This document shows positions 46,901-55,629 of a stretch of 64,000 nt of DNA, piece by piece. The position numbers and the translations under genes are program-made. Each line of letters begins with the position of its first letter. Within the stretch, counting starts at the first letter, position 1. Below the pieces are notes generated by a model. It had not been told where the DNA came from, ran no database searches, and saw only the letters and a program-made list of their open reading frames with translations. The stretch spans positions 196,767 to 260,766 of the forward strand of contig JAJDAF010000010.1 in NCBI GenBank assembly GCA_029261995.1, given 5' to 3'. The stretch is from Candidatus Zhuqueibacterota bacterium (lineage in GTDB: Bacteria > Zhuqueibacterota > Zhuqueibacteria > Oceanimicrobiales > Oceanimicrobiaceae).

Positions 46901-48204
46901 ATCTCGACCGCGATCGCATCCAGGATAACGACGACGGCATCATTGTTGAAAATTCGTTTGGCGAAATTGACGAGTGCATCATTTCCAATAATTCAAGTGT
47001 TGGCTTGAGCATCTCGGATGAGTCCAGCACCGGCGTGACCGTGCACCGCAATGAATTCTGCACCAGCGGCGAAATGGGCATGGAGAATCTGGGCCAAACC
47101 ACGGTTGACGCCACCACCAACTGGTGGGGGGACTTCAATGGTCCTGGTGACCAGGGACCCGGCAACGGTGACGGCGTTGGCGTTGGCGTTGACTACAGTA
47201 ACTTCGAAACCAGTAGCCTGTTTGTGGATTCTCCGTGTTCGGAGTTGGCGTTGTGTGAGAACGATGGGGATGTGAATAACTCAGGCAGTCTAACCGCTCT
47301 CGACGCATTAGCAGCTTTCTCTATAGGATTGAACGGAGGCACATTGCCAGCTGAATTTGACGAGCCGGGATTCGAATGTGAAGTCTTGGCTGCAGACGTC
47401 AACTGCAACGGCAGTGTTACTGCGTTAGATGCGCTTGATATCTTCGAACGAGCCTTAGCCCAGTTACCGCCCTCTGCTTGTTTTGCGGGACAGTTGAAGT
47501 TGGACAAAGTAGTGGGCTCGCCACGAATCTCCTTGCTGGCGGTGGAGAGCGGCGCAGAAGAGACTGACAAAATCCGGGTAGCACTGGCTGCCTCCAACTC
47601 GAGTGGGCTTCGTGCCTTCAGTACAACGCTGAAGTTTCCGGCAGAGAGAGTTGATTTTCTTCGCGTGGAGCGCTCTGAAATGACCTCGGATTGGGCTCAG
47701 CTCGATGGTAAGGTACAGAAGGCAGGTGAATTGACGGTCGCTGGATTCAATGTCGAATTTGAAGAATCCAGCGAGTCAACGATTCTCTTTACCTTGGTTT
47801 TCAAGAAGAAGGATGAAGTTGGCCCCATTGAGATTGAATTGACCGGTGCGTATGATGAGCTAGCTGGAGCCATTTGGGAAAGGACCGTGGTCGATGGGAA
47901 TGTAGCTACTCCTGAGGTGTTTGCACTGCGCCAGAATTACCCCAACCCCTTCAATCCTGAAACTCTGATTGAGTACGATATCCCCAGTATCAGCCACGAG
48001 AAGGTGCCAGTGCGACTGACCATCTACAATGTAAAAGGACAGATCGTTCGAACGTTAGTAGATGCACAGAGATCGGTTGGTGCTCACAAGGTTAAGTGGG
48101 ACGGCAGAAACGACCATGGTTTGCAGGTTCCGTCCGGAGCCTACTTCTACACCATCAAAGCCGGAGATTTTAAAGACACAAAACGAATGATGCTGGTGAA
48201 ATAA
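43954..48204 (+). CDS. Giant secreted right-handed beta-helix (pectate-lyase/NosD-like repeats) protein with dockerin-like, cohesin-like and T9SS C-terminal sorting domains
   Basis: A signal peptide is followed by long arrays of parallel beta-helix repeats (NNSNHGIFISSS, IEDNGITGI, IHGNGTGVVVRNA, IQDNDDGIIVEN, ISNNSSVGLSI). A dockerin-like duplicated Ca-binding segment (DVNNSGSLTALDALAAF / DVNCNGSVTALDALDIF) and a cohesin-like module (aa ~1190-1310) follow. The C-terminus reads QNYPNPFNPET...YFYTIKAGDFKDTKRMMLVK, a T9SS CTD. Confidence 0.7.
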   Translation: MQYKLLSSLVVLVMCIAAFGPAVAQPAKTPPVVTGPQTLSGFGGNAGLYEFLTQGETARGDIGGISTAEDYWVYIVGIDASGVTGPDGRQIQFNLQNTIQGETEHLGISFSLDNPDIGGFDLLECYQSNGGGLLTHGLVSASLDVTVFDLRFNFSKDNAEDGWTVTPYYRLSGGSWTPFSGGSFTGNPAFDFDEAKLTVFFTNSIANSDAADGQVVFDNFFVLGPIPEPITVVYVDDAWQGLAPGDAVQFPGEDDVRVMGVNAFATIQEGIDSFIQMPPAALREDRLLPQAEAVEEITVLDLNVAPGTYQENVVIPFPARLLGSGSGSDPLQDTIIEADPQNTGFPVIDIAGFAPGGVSVNSRLEIRDLRVTGAVGSGDAPSGISITADGFFDVAAQGALQASAAAGVSVIQFMTFNNVTAVDNSGHGIAVNSDGIVSDLRVVNCEVSNNSNHGIFISSSIASFDSLIVDSCTIEDNGITGITSGPQGSQNVDNIHISNSTLSRNGDALSPSGSGSGDISLFDFNSDASITNVDVTGNGAHIGIQIRGVDNAGTSPAGNVQLDDVTISGQYQHPNTWVGSGLFIANFSSLSSVGLNNVQIDVSPVSPSKDVINLYNDNIDGSLDIGNMQLGGNADLDILNSAPASVDANDAVFTNAADNFEIEDRIFHGLDDNSVGLVRWTGNQIYLTATTFSAPDTAVVLDNILSVVDNGDTLNFGAGNYYTTAGAVISKSLTFFGGAGVICRPLGATSGAWVTVDTLVTLNLDSIIFDGAGYDIGIGCLVRGRGYCRNLTFRNIVDDNGGGIALWLRGDQPVEVSGTTFSNIGGLSPGGSIAYGACFTGTGVVGSTYRGNTYVGRGAGAWVEYGLFLDAGAQVNIVSNTFYNLLGFTSVEGVVGSAGICVVTNGGGGTSASIDSSTIYDCYNGIKVGEFDGDQSFAIIRDTEIYQSTVGLCIGGALFVKAEDNDIHGNGTGVVVRNATVFDLDRDRIQDNDDGIIVENSFGEIDECIISNNSSVGLSISDESSTGVTVHRNEFCTSGEMGMENLGQTTVDATTNWWGDFNGPGDQGPGNGDGVGVGVDYSNFETSSLFVDSPCSELALCENDGDVNNSGSLTALDALAAFSIGLNGGTLPAEFDEPGFECEVLAADVNCNGSVTALDALDIFERALAQLPPSACFAGQLKLDKVVGSPRISLLAVESGAEETDKIRVALAASNSSGLRAFSTTLKFPAERVDFLRVERSEMTSDWAQLDGKVQKAGELTVAGFNVEFEESSESTILFTLVFKKKDEVGPIEIELTGAYDELAGAIWERTVVDGNVATPEVFALRQNYPNPFNPETLIEYDIPSISHEKVPVRLTIYNVKGQIVRTLVDAQRSVGAHKVKWDGRNDHGLQVPSGAYFYTIKAGDFKDTKRMMLVK

Positions 48205-48244
48205 GGGCCAGCTTCATTCCTTGTTCAAAAAAGGAGATTTAGGT

Positions 48245-49285
48245 ATGATGAGCATTTTTCGACCGGCGAGTTGGCTGCTTTCCGCGACCACCTTTGTATC
48301 GCTAGCGTTTGGCCAGCCCCAGCTTGATCTTAGCCCGCCACTAAGCGTGGATGTGGAGCCACCGCCAGGACAGACGGTGATAATCCCGTTGACGTTGACT
48401 AATACGGGCGCAGAGCAAGTCAAAGCTGTCACTTTCGATTTCACCTTTCCGACTGCTAATCTGACGTATGTCGGGCTTGACACTGTTGGCACGCTGACTG
48501 GTGGCTGGACTCAAATGTCGGGACAGGAAAACACGCCGGGCGTGGTCTCAATACTGGGTTTCGGTAGTGTTGCTGCAGCTCAGACAGGTGTCTTGGTGAA
48601 TGTAACGTTTCAGTCGAAAGACCAATCTGGTGTTGGTCTTCTGCAACTTAGCAACTTCCAGGATCACGTCGCCGGCGCCACCACCACCGACGGCACCCTC
48701 AACAGCACCGTCCCAGTCGAGCTTGCCTCGTTCTCCGCCCAAATCGCCGACCAGGCAGTTGAGCTGAGTTGGCTCACCATCAGCGAAAGCAACAACTTCG
48801 GCTTCGATGTTGAAGAAAGCGCGGACGGCGAAGCTTTTACAAAGATCGGTTTTGTGAAAGGCCACGGCACCACGCTGGCCGAGCAACGCTACCAGTTTAT
48901 CGATAGCGACGTGCGGCCCGGCGCCCACTACTACCGGTTGAGGCAAATCGATTTCGACGGCGCCTTTGAATATTCCAGCACCCTGCAAGTGAACATGGCC
49001 GCGCCGCAGACGTTTGCCCTGGCGCAGAACTACCCGAATCCATTCAATCCGGAGACGGCGATTCAGTTTGCCGTGCCTGAAGCCGCGAGCGTGCAAGTGA
49101 CGATTTACAATGCGCTCGGCCGGGCAGTTCGAACTCTGGTAAACGGCGAGTTTGCTCCCGGCACCCACAGCGTCACCTGGGACGGCCGAGACGACAATGG
49201 CCAGCAGGCCGCGAGTGGACTCTATCTTTACACTGTCAAAGCCGGCAAGTTTGTACAGACGCGTAAGATGATTATGCTTCAGTAA
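48245..49285 (+). CDS. Cohesin-like domain protein with T9SS C-terminal sorting domain
   Basis: The ATG at 48245 has an RBS (aaggag). A signal peptide and a cohesin-like beta-sandwich (VIIPLTLTNTGAEQVKAVTFDFTFPTANLTYVGLD...VNVTFQSKDQSGVGLLQLSNF) precede a C-terminal CTD (AQNYPNPFNPETAIQF...LYLYTVKAGKFVQTRKMIMLQ). The ORF track start at 48221 is TTG. Confidence 0.6.
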   Translation: MMSIFRPASWLLSATTFVSLAFGQPQLDLSPPLSVDVEPPPGQTVIIPLTLTNTGAEQVKAVTFDFTFPTANLTYVGLDTVGTLTGGWTQMSGQENTPGVVSILGFGSVAAAQTGVLVNVTFQSKDQSGVGLLQLSNFQDHVAGATTTDGTLNSTVPVELASFSAQIADQAVELSWLTISESNNFGFDVEESADGEAFTKIGFVKGHGTTLAEQRYQFIDSDVRPGAHYYRLRQIDFDGAFEYSSTLQVNMAAPQTFALAQNYPNPFNPETAIQFAVPEAASVQVTIYNALGRAVRTLVNGEFAPGTHSVTWDGRDDNGQQAASGLYLYTVKAGKFVQTRKMIMLQ

Positions 49286-49552
49286 GAAACGGAAATGTCA
49301 TTGCGAAGGTCACGTTTTTTGTGGCCTGAAGCAATCTCTTCGAACCTGAAAGGAGATTGCCGCGACTCGCAATGACGCCTTTAGATCTAATTTTGAGAGG
49401 ATAAGCGACCAGCGAATTGATACCACACCTTTGATAGACACCACGTCGGGGCCAGGATCCCTGCCCCGGCGCGCTGGTCTGTTTTGTGTTGACAAGCCCA
49501 TCAAATCCTATATTAGTAGTAGCACATGTTATTTGGTGTTACGGACGGCTTT

Positions 49553-52500
49553 CTACCTCACCACTGCTAGTTTTCCTTTTCCGTTCTTCCCGTCGCCCTC
49601 AACATAGAAAATATAAATCCCTGACGCCATCGGAAGACCGTTCTCGTCATTGAGATCCCATTCGACACCACCGTTGCCGTCTGTCTCTTCGATGGTGCGG
49701 ATGAGCCGACCTGAAATATCGAGAATGCGAACCGTCGCTTGCGAGGTGAGACCCGCGATTGTGACGCCGGTATGACCAGCAGACGGACGGCAAGGATTTG
49801 GGTAAGCGTGCACATTATCGAGGTCGGTACTGCTGAAAATCAGCGCTGCCGTGTCGCCTTCGCCAAACCGGATGGCAATGCTATCCGCGCTACGGACATT
49901 GCGCACACGTAGAAAATACTCAATGCCAAACGGCCCAATCGGTGATTCTGGATCGATCTCCAGCAGCACCCGGTCGGGTGATTCAACAACCACAACGGCC
50001 GAGACAACGCGAACGTTGGGAGTGATTTCGTAATTGTCGATAGTGGAAGCCGATTCCGGGTCGAGAGCCAAACTGAATTGAATCTCGAGCCGGGTAGGCA
50101 AGACCAGGTTGACCGCCTCAAGGTAGGGCGACAGGGGCGCTTCCGTCACTTCGAATTCGACACCGCTTCTCGACGTATCAATGGGCGTGCCGTCCAGGTC
50201 GGCGACTCCCGCAACGCTGATCCGGTTTAAGCCCGGGAGCAGCCCCTGGGCGACGGTCAGGACAACCTCGCCATCCAACTTGTGTGAAACGGCTGACTCC
50301 ACAATTCCAGATTGGTTGACCGTGTAGCGGGTTTGATTGCGCACGGATTGGTTCATGCGCTCACTGAACTCTATCTGAATCTGATCGGGCGGCAAATAAG
50401 TCGCGCGCCGCAAAAAAGGCTTCGGTCCCGGCCGTACCCGGAGAGCGGTCGTTTGCCGGCTCTCCGTCTGCGCCGCTCCGCCGGCAACCGCTGAAACGGC
50501 ATACCAGTAGTCGATTCCAGTACTCACTGATGAATCGATGGCAGAGAATGCATCGGTTTGTGCGAAAAGGGCCAACCCATCCCGGCTCAATCCCCGGTAA
50601 ATGTTGAAGCCATCCGCGCCGCCGGCATGTTGCCAGCTCAGTTCAACCAGGGTAGAATCGAGAGGCCGCGCCCGGAAGGCGGTCGGCGTTTGCGGCCCTG
50701 CGAAGTCCGTGACAAACTCGAAGCCCGTTGCTTCCACGCCTGTGTTGAAGTAAAATTCATTGCCGCCGTTGCCGTTCCAATCTGCTACGATGGCAGTGTT
50801 GCTGCGGCTGGGTTTGGCGTGCCAGATGACCTGGTAGGATTCTGTCGCCTCGTTATAGTCCACGATATAAAAATCCGGGAAAATGCTGATGAGAATCTCG
50901 GGACGGCCGTCGTTGTCCACATCTCCCGAAGCAACGCCGCTGTCGAAATCACGCGGCGACTGGAAGCCGAAGAATGCTTGCTCCCAGACATGCGCGAAGT
51001 TATTGTCTGACTTGTTTTTGTAAATGCGAAAGCGCCAGTGGCGACTGTCAAACGCGCTCTCCAGGTTCAGACTCGGGTCGGAGTGGCAGCCGGCAACGAA
51101 TTCCTCCACGCCGTCGCCATCGTAATCACCGTGGGTGAGATAGTCCGTGGCATCCACCAGCGGCAGACGGTCTGACCAGGTGAATTCACTGCGGTTGTCG
51201 CCGCGATTCTCGTGAATAGTAATGTCGCCGTCGCCATCTCCCAGCAGAATTTCCAACTGGCCGTCGCCATCGAAATCGGCAATTTCAGAATGCGGAACTC
51301 CGGTTGTGTTGCTGCCTTGCGTAGGATTGGAGAAGGAATCGACAAGCGCGTATTTGCTCTCCGAGATGACTTCCCACAAGCCGAAGACATCATTTTGCCG
51401 CAGCACAAGCTCGCCTTGGCCGTCCTGGTCAAAATCCGCAAACCGGCTTGCCCACGGGCCGTCTGCATGCCATTTCGGCTGCGTCGGGTATTCGCCAGGC
51501 GCGGCGGCTTCGAAAATCCAGCTTTGTGAGCCGCGGCCCGTCAGGATTTCCAGCAGACCGTCACCGTCAGAATCGCCCCAGTCACGTGGGATAAAAACCT
51601 CGTCACCCGCAAATCGTTCCGTGAACGCGCCGTCTTCTAGCTCGAGGATTGTTAGCGGGCCGAAATTGAAATTGTCGTCGTATTCACTGAGCACAATTTC
51701 CGGCCGGCCGTCTCCATCGAAATCCGCGGGCCTGGCAAGCAGAAATCCGGAAGGAAATGTCAGCTCCGATTCGTCGGTCGCAATGCCGCCCAGCGGCGGC
51801 AAGTCAAGGTTGGCTGTCACCGGCGGGTCGGTGACAGCATTGAGCCCGGCGCCGTTTGCCGCCTCAATCAAGAATTCCATCTGACCCACGAAAATATCTT
51901 GCGTAAAGTGGAAGCGGTGCGTTGTTGTTCGGAATCCGAGTTTCTGTTCCGTGAAGGGGTGCGTAGACTCTTGCTTTCTGAAGAGAATGGCGGCATCGCA
52001 AACGTCGTCGGTTTCGAATTCGATCAGAAGGCTGTGGCGGTCGCCGTCCAGCATGGGCGTGTTGGTCACGCCGGTGATTTTCGGAGGTGAGCGGTCGATG
52101 AAGAACCGAATTTTATCTTCAACGTCGTTGGCACCCTGGTTTGTCGCCACCAGACGTAGGGTGTAAACGCTGTCCTGCAAAGCCGAGGTATCGAGATCGA
52201 ACAGATGCTGATTTCGCACCTGTCTGCCGGTCACTGTTTCGAGCATCTGCCAGCTTTCTGGCGTTTCACCGACCCCGATCTGCAATGAATAACCGGTAAC
52301 AAACGTGCCGCTCGCGGTTCCACGGATGGCGATCGGGCCCCTGGAGAATCCTTCATCGACCTGCGGCGAGATGAGTTCGGCCACTGAGAAGTAGGGTGAT
52401 TCCAGGCTGGCGGCAGCATCGATTCGGCCTGCGGCGAAGAAATTGTCCCAGCCCGGTGTCCCAAGGTCGGTCGAGGAAGTCGTCAGCAGTCCCTTGATAG

Positions 52501-53758
52501 ACTCGGGCGACAGTTGCGGTGTTTTCGAAAGAAGCAGGCCGGACAGTGCGGCAACGAACGGCGCTGAGGCAGATGTGCCACTGAAGCCGCCGTATTGGCC
52601 GTCACGTTTTGTCGTCAGGATGTTGACGCCTGGCGCTACCAGATCCACGGATGAACCGTAATTCGAGAAGCCTGCCAATCTGTCTTCCGAATTGGTTGCG
52701 CCCACGGAAATGGTTTCCGCGAAACCGGAGGGAAAATGAATCAAATCGGTTGCCGAATTGCCGGCCGACGCCACCAGAACGACTCCCCGGCTGTAGGCGT
52801 ATTTCATGACATCGCGCAGCAGGGGCGAGGCCACCGTGTCGCCGAAGCTCATGTTGATGATGCGGGCGCCGTTTTCCACGGCATAGACAATCGCCGATGC
52901 GACGTCGTCCTCTTCGAGAAATCCTAGCGCCGTGCCTGCGCGCAAGGCCATCACGCGGCAACCGTAGGCAAGCCCGGCAATCCCGCTACCGTTGTCGCCC
53001 GTCGCACCGATGATGCCGGCGACCGAAGTGCCGTGGCCATTCTCATCAAAGGGGTCGTTGTCCGGCGTTTCGAAATCACCGCCATCCGGGAAGCTTGGGG
53101 CGTCTGTGAAATCCCAGCCGCGAATGTCATCGATGAAGCCATTGCGGTCGTCATCGATGCCATTGATATCCGTGGAGTCCGCGCGGCCGTTGCCATCCAG
53201 GTCTTCGCCAGGATTGATCCAAACTGCATCTCGCAGATCGACATGGTCGTAGTCGATTCCCGTGTCAATCACACCAATAACGACATCGGGCGACCCCAGT
53301 TGCACCTCCCAGGCCTGCTCAGCACGCACGACCTGTAGGTTGATCTGCTCCGTGAACAGGGAATCATTTGGGACCCGCCGCAGCTTGAAGACGTGATTTA
53401 GCTGCGCATATTCCACTTCCGGCCGGTTGCGATAGGCCTGGAGGATTTCATCAAGATTCTGTTCAGGTGGGAAGTTGAGTTTGAATAGGTTGCTGAGGGA
53501 TGTTGCGCCGGGCGTTTGTGCAATGTTGGCGAGTTCGCACAGCGGAACAGCTTTCTGGAGGTTGAGTCTCTGATTGATGGTTGCGAGTGAATTCAGTCGG
53601 CCCGGGATTGCCGAGCCGTTCCAAGCTGCCGCCGACAGTGACTCGCCTTTGAGCTTGATTAGAATGGCGCCAGGCGTGTGTGTCGGCGTTTTGGAAAAGG
53701 TCACCCGCGCGAGTGTGAGCAGTGCGAGTAGAGCTAGCCGGGTTTTTGCTGTTGACAA
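49553..53758 (-). CDS. Giant S8 subtilisin-family serine peptidase with FG-GAP/VCBS repeat region, Ig/FN3-like domains and T9SS C-terminal sorting domain
   Basis: After the signal peptide the catalytic triad motifs are present: Asp (VIGVIDTGIDYDH), His (HGTSVAGIIGA) and Ser (GTSASAPFVAALSGL). At least 7 FG-GAP-like repeats follow (DFDGDGRPEIV, DSDGDGLLEIL, DFDQDGQGELV, DFDGDGQLEILLGDGDGD, DYDGDGVEEFV, DVDNDGRPEIL, DWNGNGGNEFY). The C-terminus is a CTD (AYPNPCRP...IYIFYVEGDGKNGKGKLAVVR). Confidence 0.8.
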   Translation of the reverse strand: MSTAKTRLALLALLTLARVTFSKTPTHTPGAILIKLKGESLSAAAWNGSAIPGRLNSLATINQRLNLQKAVPLCELANIAQTPGATSLSNLFKLNFPPEQNLDEILQAYRNRPEVEYAQLNHVFKLRRVPNDSLFTEQINLQVVRAEQAWEVQLGSPDVVIGVIDTGIDYDHVDLRDAVWINPGEDLDGNGRADSTDINGIDDDRNGFIDDIRGWDFTDAPSFPDGGDFETPDNDPFDENGHGTSVAGIIGATGDNGSGIAGLAYGCRVMALRAGTALGFLEEDDVASAIVYAVENGARIINMSFGDTVASPLLRDVMKYAYSRGVVLVASAGNSATDLIHFPSGFAETISVGATNSEDRLAGFSNYGSSVDLVAPGVNILTTKRDGQYGGFSGTSASAPFVAALSGLLLSKTPQLSPESIKGLLTTSSTDLGTPGWDNFFAAGRIDAAASLESPYFSVAELISPQVDEGFSRGPIAIRGTASGTFVTGYSLQIGVGETPESWQMLETVTGRQVRNQHLFDLDTSALQDSVYTLRLVATNQGANDVEDKIRFFIDRSPPKITGVTNTPMLDGDRHSLLIEFETDDVCDAAILFRKQESTHPFTEQKLGFRTTTHRFHFTQDIFVGQMEFLIEAANGAGLNAVTDPPVTANLDLPPLGGIATDESELTFPSGFLLARPADFDGDGRPEIVLSEYDDNFNFGPLTILELEDGAFTERFAGDEVFIPRDWGDSDGDGLLEILTGRGSQSWIFEAAAPGEYPTQPKWHADGPWASRFADFDQDGQGELVLRQNDVFGLWEVISESKYALVDSFSNPTQGSNTTGVPHSEIADFDGDGQLEILLGDGDGDITIHENRGDNRSEFTWSDRLPLVDATDYLTHGDYDGDGVEEFVAGCHSDPSLNLESAFDSRHWRFRIYKNKSDNNFAHVWEQAFFGFQSPRDFDSGVASGDVDNDGRPEILISIFPDFYIVDYNEATESYQVIWHAKPSRSNTAIVADWNGNGGNEFYFNTGVEATGFEFVTDFAGPQTPTAFRARPLDSTLVELSWQHAGGADGFNIYRGLSRDGLALFAQTDAFSAIDSSVSTGIDYWYAVSAVAGGAAQTESRQTTALRVRPGPKPFLRRATYLPPDQIQIEFSERMNQSVRNQTRYTVNQSGIVESAVSHKLDGEVVLTVAQGLLPGLNRISVAGVADLDGTPIDTSRSGVEFEVTEAPLSPYLEAVNLVLPTRLEIQFSLALDPESASTIDNYEITPNVRVVSAVVVVESPDRVLLEIDPESPIGPFGIEYFLRVRNVRSADSIAIRFGEGDTAALIFSSTDLDNVHAYPNPCRPSAGHTGVTIAGLTSQATVRILDISGRLIRTIEETDGNGGVEWDLNDENGLPMASGIYIFYVEGDGKNGKGKLAVVR

Positions 53759-53780
53759 TTGTGAGTTACTCCGTGGTCGG

Positions 53781-54710
53781 CTAAGGCAGAACCTCTTGCT
53801 TGCGCAAGTGCTGGTCGATCATCAGGGCCGCGACGTTTCCTGTGCCCATAGCAACGGCCACTTGCTGAGACATGGGCCGCAAATCACCTGCAATCCAGAC
53901 ACCGGGCACATTGGTGTCGCCGCGCTGTGATTTGGGTTGCGCATGGTTGCCTGTGGCTGCCATCTCGACACCCAGTTTTTGTGCCAAATCCGTTCTGCCA
54001 ATGGCCTGGCTGGATACAAAGAAGGCCTCCGCCTGCAAATGGGTACCGTTTTCGAGCTGCACAGCCGAAAGCACTCCCTTTTTGCCGACGAGTTCCATGA
54101 TCTTGCCTGCATGAACCGCAATGCCTTTTTCCTGCAACTGACCGGCGCGAGTTTCGGACAAATCAGTATCACCAGTCAATAGAACCCGGAGTTTGCTGGC
54201 ATAACGGCTTAGTCCGATAGCCATTCCGGCAGCCCAATTGGCTGGTCCGGCTCCGATGACAAGGGTGTCTTTGCCGGTAATTTCGGGTGCCTCGCAATCC
54301 GGGCAATAATACATATTGCCCTTGCCGGCATAGGCAAAACAGGGCTTGTGGTCACCATCGACGGTGGGGTGGTAGCGAGCAACGCCGGTAGCCAGCAAGA
54401 TGGTTTTGCTTTGGTACTCTTGGTCGTCTGTGCTGGTGACGACAAAGTCGCCTTCGTTACCAGAGGCGGCGGTCACATTGTCTTTGACGATTTCCGCGCC
54501 CATTTCTTCGGCCTGATTGCGCAGACGTTTCTGCAGTTCTGTGCCACGTACGCCCGGCATGCCGGGCACGTTGTACAATTTTTCCAGGGTGAAGAACAGC
54601 GGGCCTGTCCTGCGGTCGATGACCAATACCTTGCGATCATGCCAGGCCAGATGGATGGCGGCTGAGAGTCCGGCTGGGCCTCCCCCAATGATGATCGTGT
54701 CATACAGCAT
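53781..54710 (-). CDS. Thioredoxin-reductase-like FAD/NAD(P)-dependent pyridine nucleotide-disulfide oxidoreductase (CPDC redox motif)
   Basis: An FAD GxGxxG (IIIGGGPAGLSAA), a second Rossmann (LVIGAGPANWAAG), a redox-active disulfide position YYCPDCE, and the C-terminal GDTNVPGVWIAGD. The ATG at 54710 gives a canonical N-terminus. Confidence 0.7.
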   Translation of the reverse strand: MLYDTIIIGGGPAGLSAAIHLAWHDRKVLVIDRRTGPLFFTLEKLYNVPGMPGVRGTELQKRLRNQAEEMGAEIVKDNVTAASGNEGDFVVTSTDDQEYQSKTILLATGVARYHPTVDGDHKPCFAYAGKGNMYYCPDCEAPEITGKDTLVIGAGPANWAAGMAIGLSRYASKLRVLLTGDTDLSETRAGQLQEKGIAVHAGKIMELVGKKGVLSAVQLENGTHLQAEAFFVSSQAIGRTDLAQKLGVEMAATGNHAQPKSQRGDTNVPGVWIAGDLRPMSQQVAVAMGTGNVAALMIDQHLRKQEVLP

Positions 54711-54893
54711 GAGTATCTCTCCTCGTTTGGTTGAGAAAGTAAGCCGGGATTGCGACTTTGTCAACCAAAAGAAAATCGTTTTTTCGGACAATTTGCCCGC
54801 ACTTCGTCTCTTATGTCAGTAAAAGACCAATATCACATTCCTGGGCTTTGTTAGAAGGTCATCTTCGAGTATTACAACTTAGAGCAGACATCA

Positions 54894-55295
54894 GTGAAGA
54901 AGTCCGTCATCGCTACAAATGGCATTGCAATGGCCGGCGAGATTTCCGTCATACGGGTAAAGGGGTATCTTGACGTCGTTACGTCTGAGGAACTCGACGC
55001 CGCCATTGAAGAACTTGTCGCAGCCAGGCGCTACAACATAATCGTCGATTTGAATGACGTCGATTACATCAGCAGCATGGGTTGGGGGCTTTTTCTCAGC
55101 CGGATTAACGATCTGCGCGTTCGCGGTGGAGACCTCAAGCTGGCGCGCCTACAGATGAACGTTTACGAGGTGTTCAAAGTACTCGAATTTGAGTGGTTTC
55201 TTAACACTTATGCAACGCTTGAGGCAGCCGCTCTGGCATTCAGACACAATGGAAACGGTGTCAACCATTCGCATCAGTCCTCGCAACCGGCTTAA
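54894..55295 (+). CDS. STAS-domain protein (anti-sigma-factor antagonist, SpoIIAA/RsbV-like)
   Basis: 133-aa STAS fold pattern (VIRVKGYLDVVTSEELDAAIEELV...IIVDLNDVDYISSMGWGLF), with Ser/Thr in the phosphorylatable DYISS position. Confidence 0.65.
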   Translation: MKKSVIATNGIAMAGEISVIRVKGYLDVVTSEELDAAIEELVAARRYNIIVDLNDVDYISSMGWGLFLSRINDLRVRGGDLKLARLQMNVYEVFKVLEFEWFLNTYATLEAAALAFRHNGNGVNHSHQSSQPA

Positions 55296-55629
55296 ACTGA
55301 CTTGAGCTGTTTCAAATTGGGTCAGTTGTTCGAAAACTAGTGTCCTACATTCGAACAAACGCTCGTCACTCCTGTCCTTGTTCGATTTGTCTAATGTTAT
55401 AATAAACAATTACGTAGCTTACTAAATAGACAGTCGTTTTATTTTGGCCCGGTGATTGCAAAACGGAAATTCGATTTTGAAAATTTCGTTTTTGCAGAGT
55501 CAGTCGCACAGCATAGCACCCACATCTCACCAAGTCTCGATACCCTGACTCCGTACAATTGGACGACTTCTTGCTTGAGAGATTCGTTGTGGCGTTGGTC
55601 TCTTACGTAGCAGAATTTGATGGTAACAT

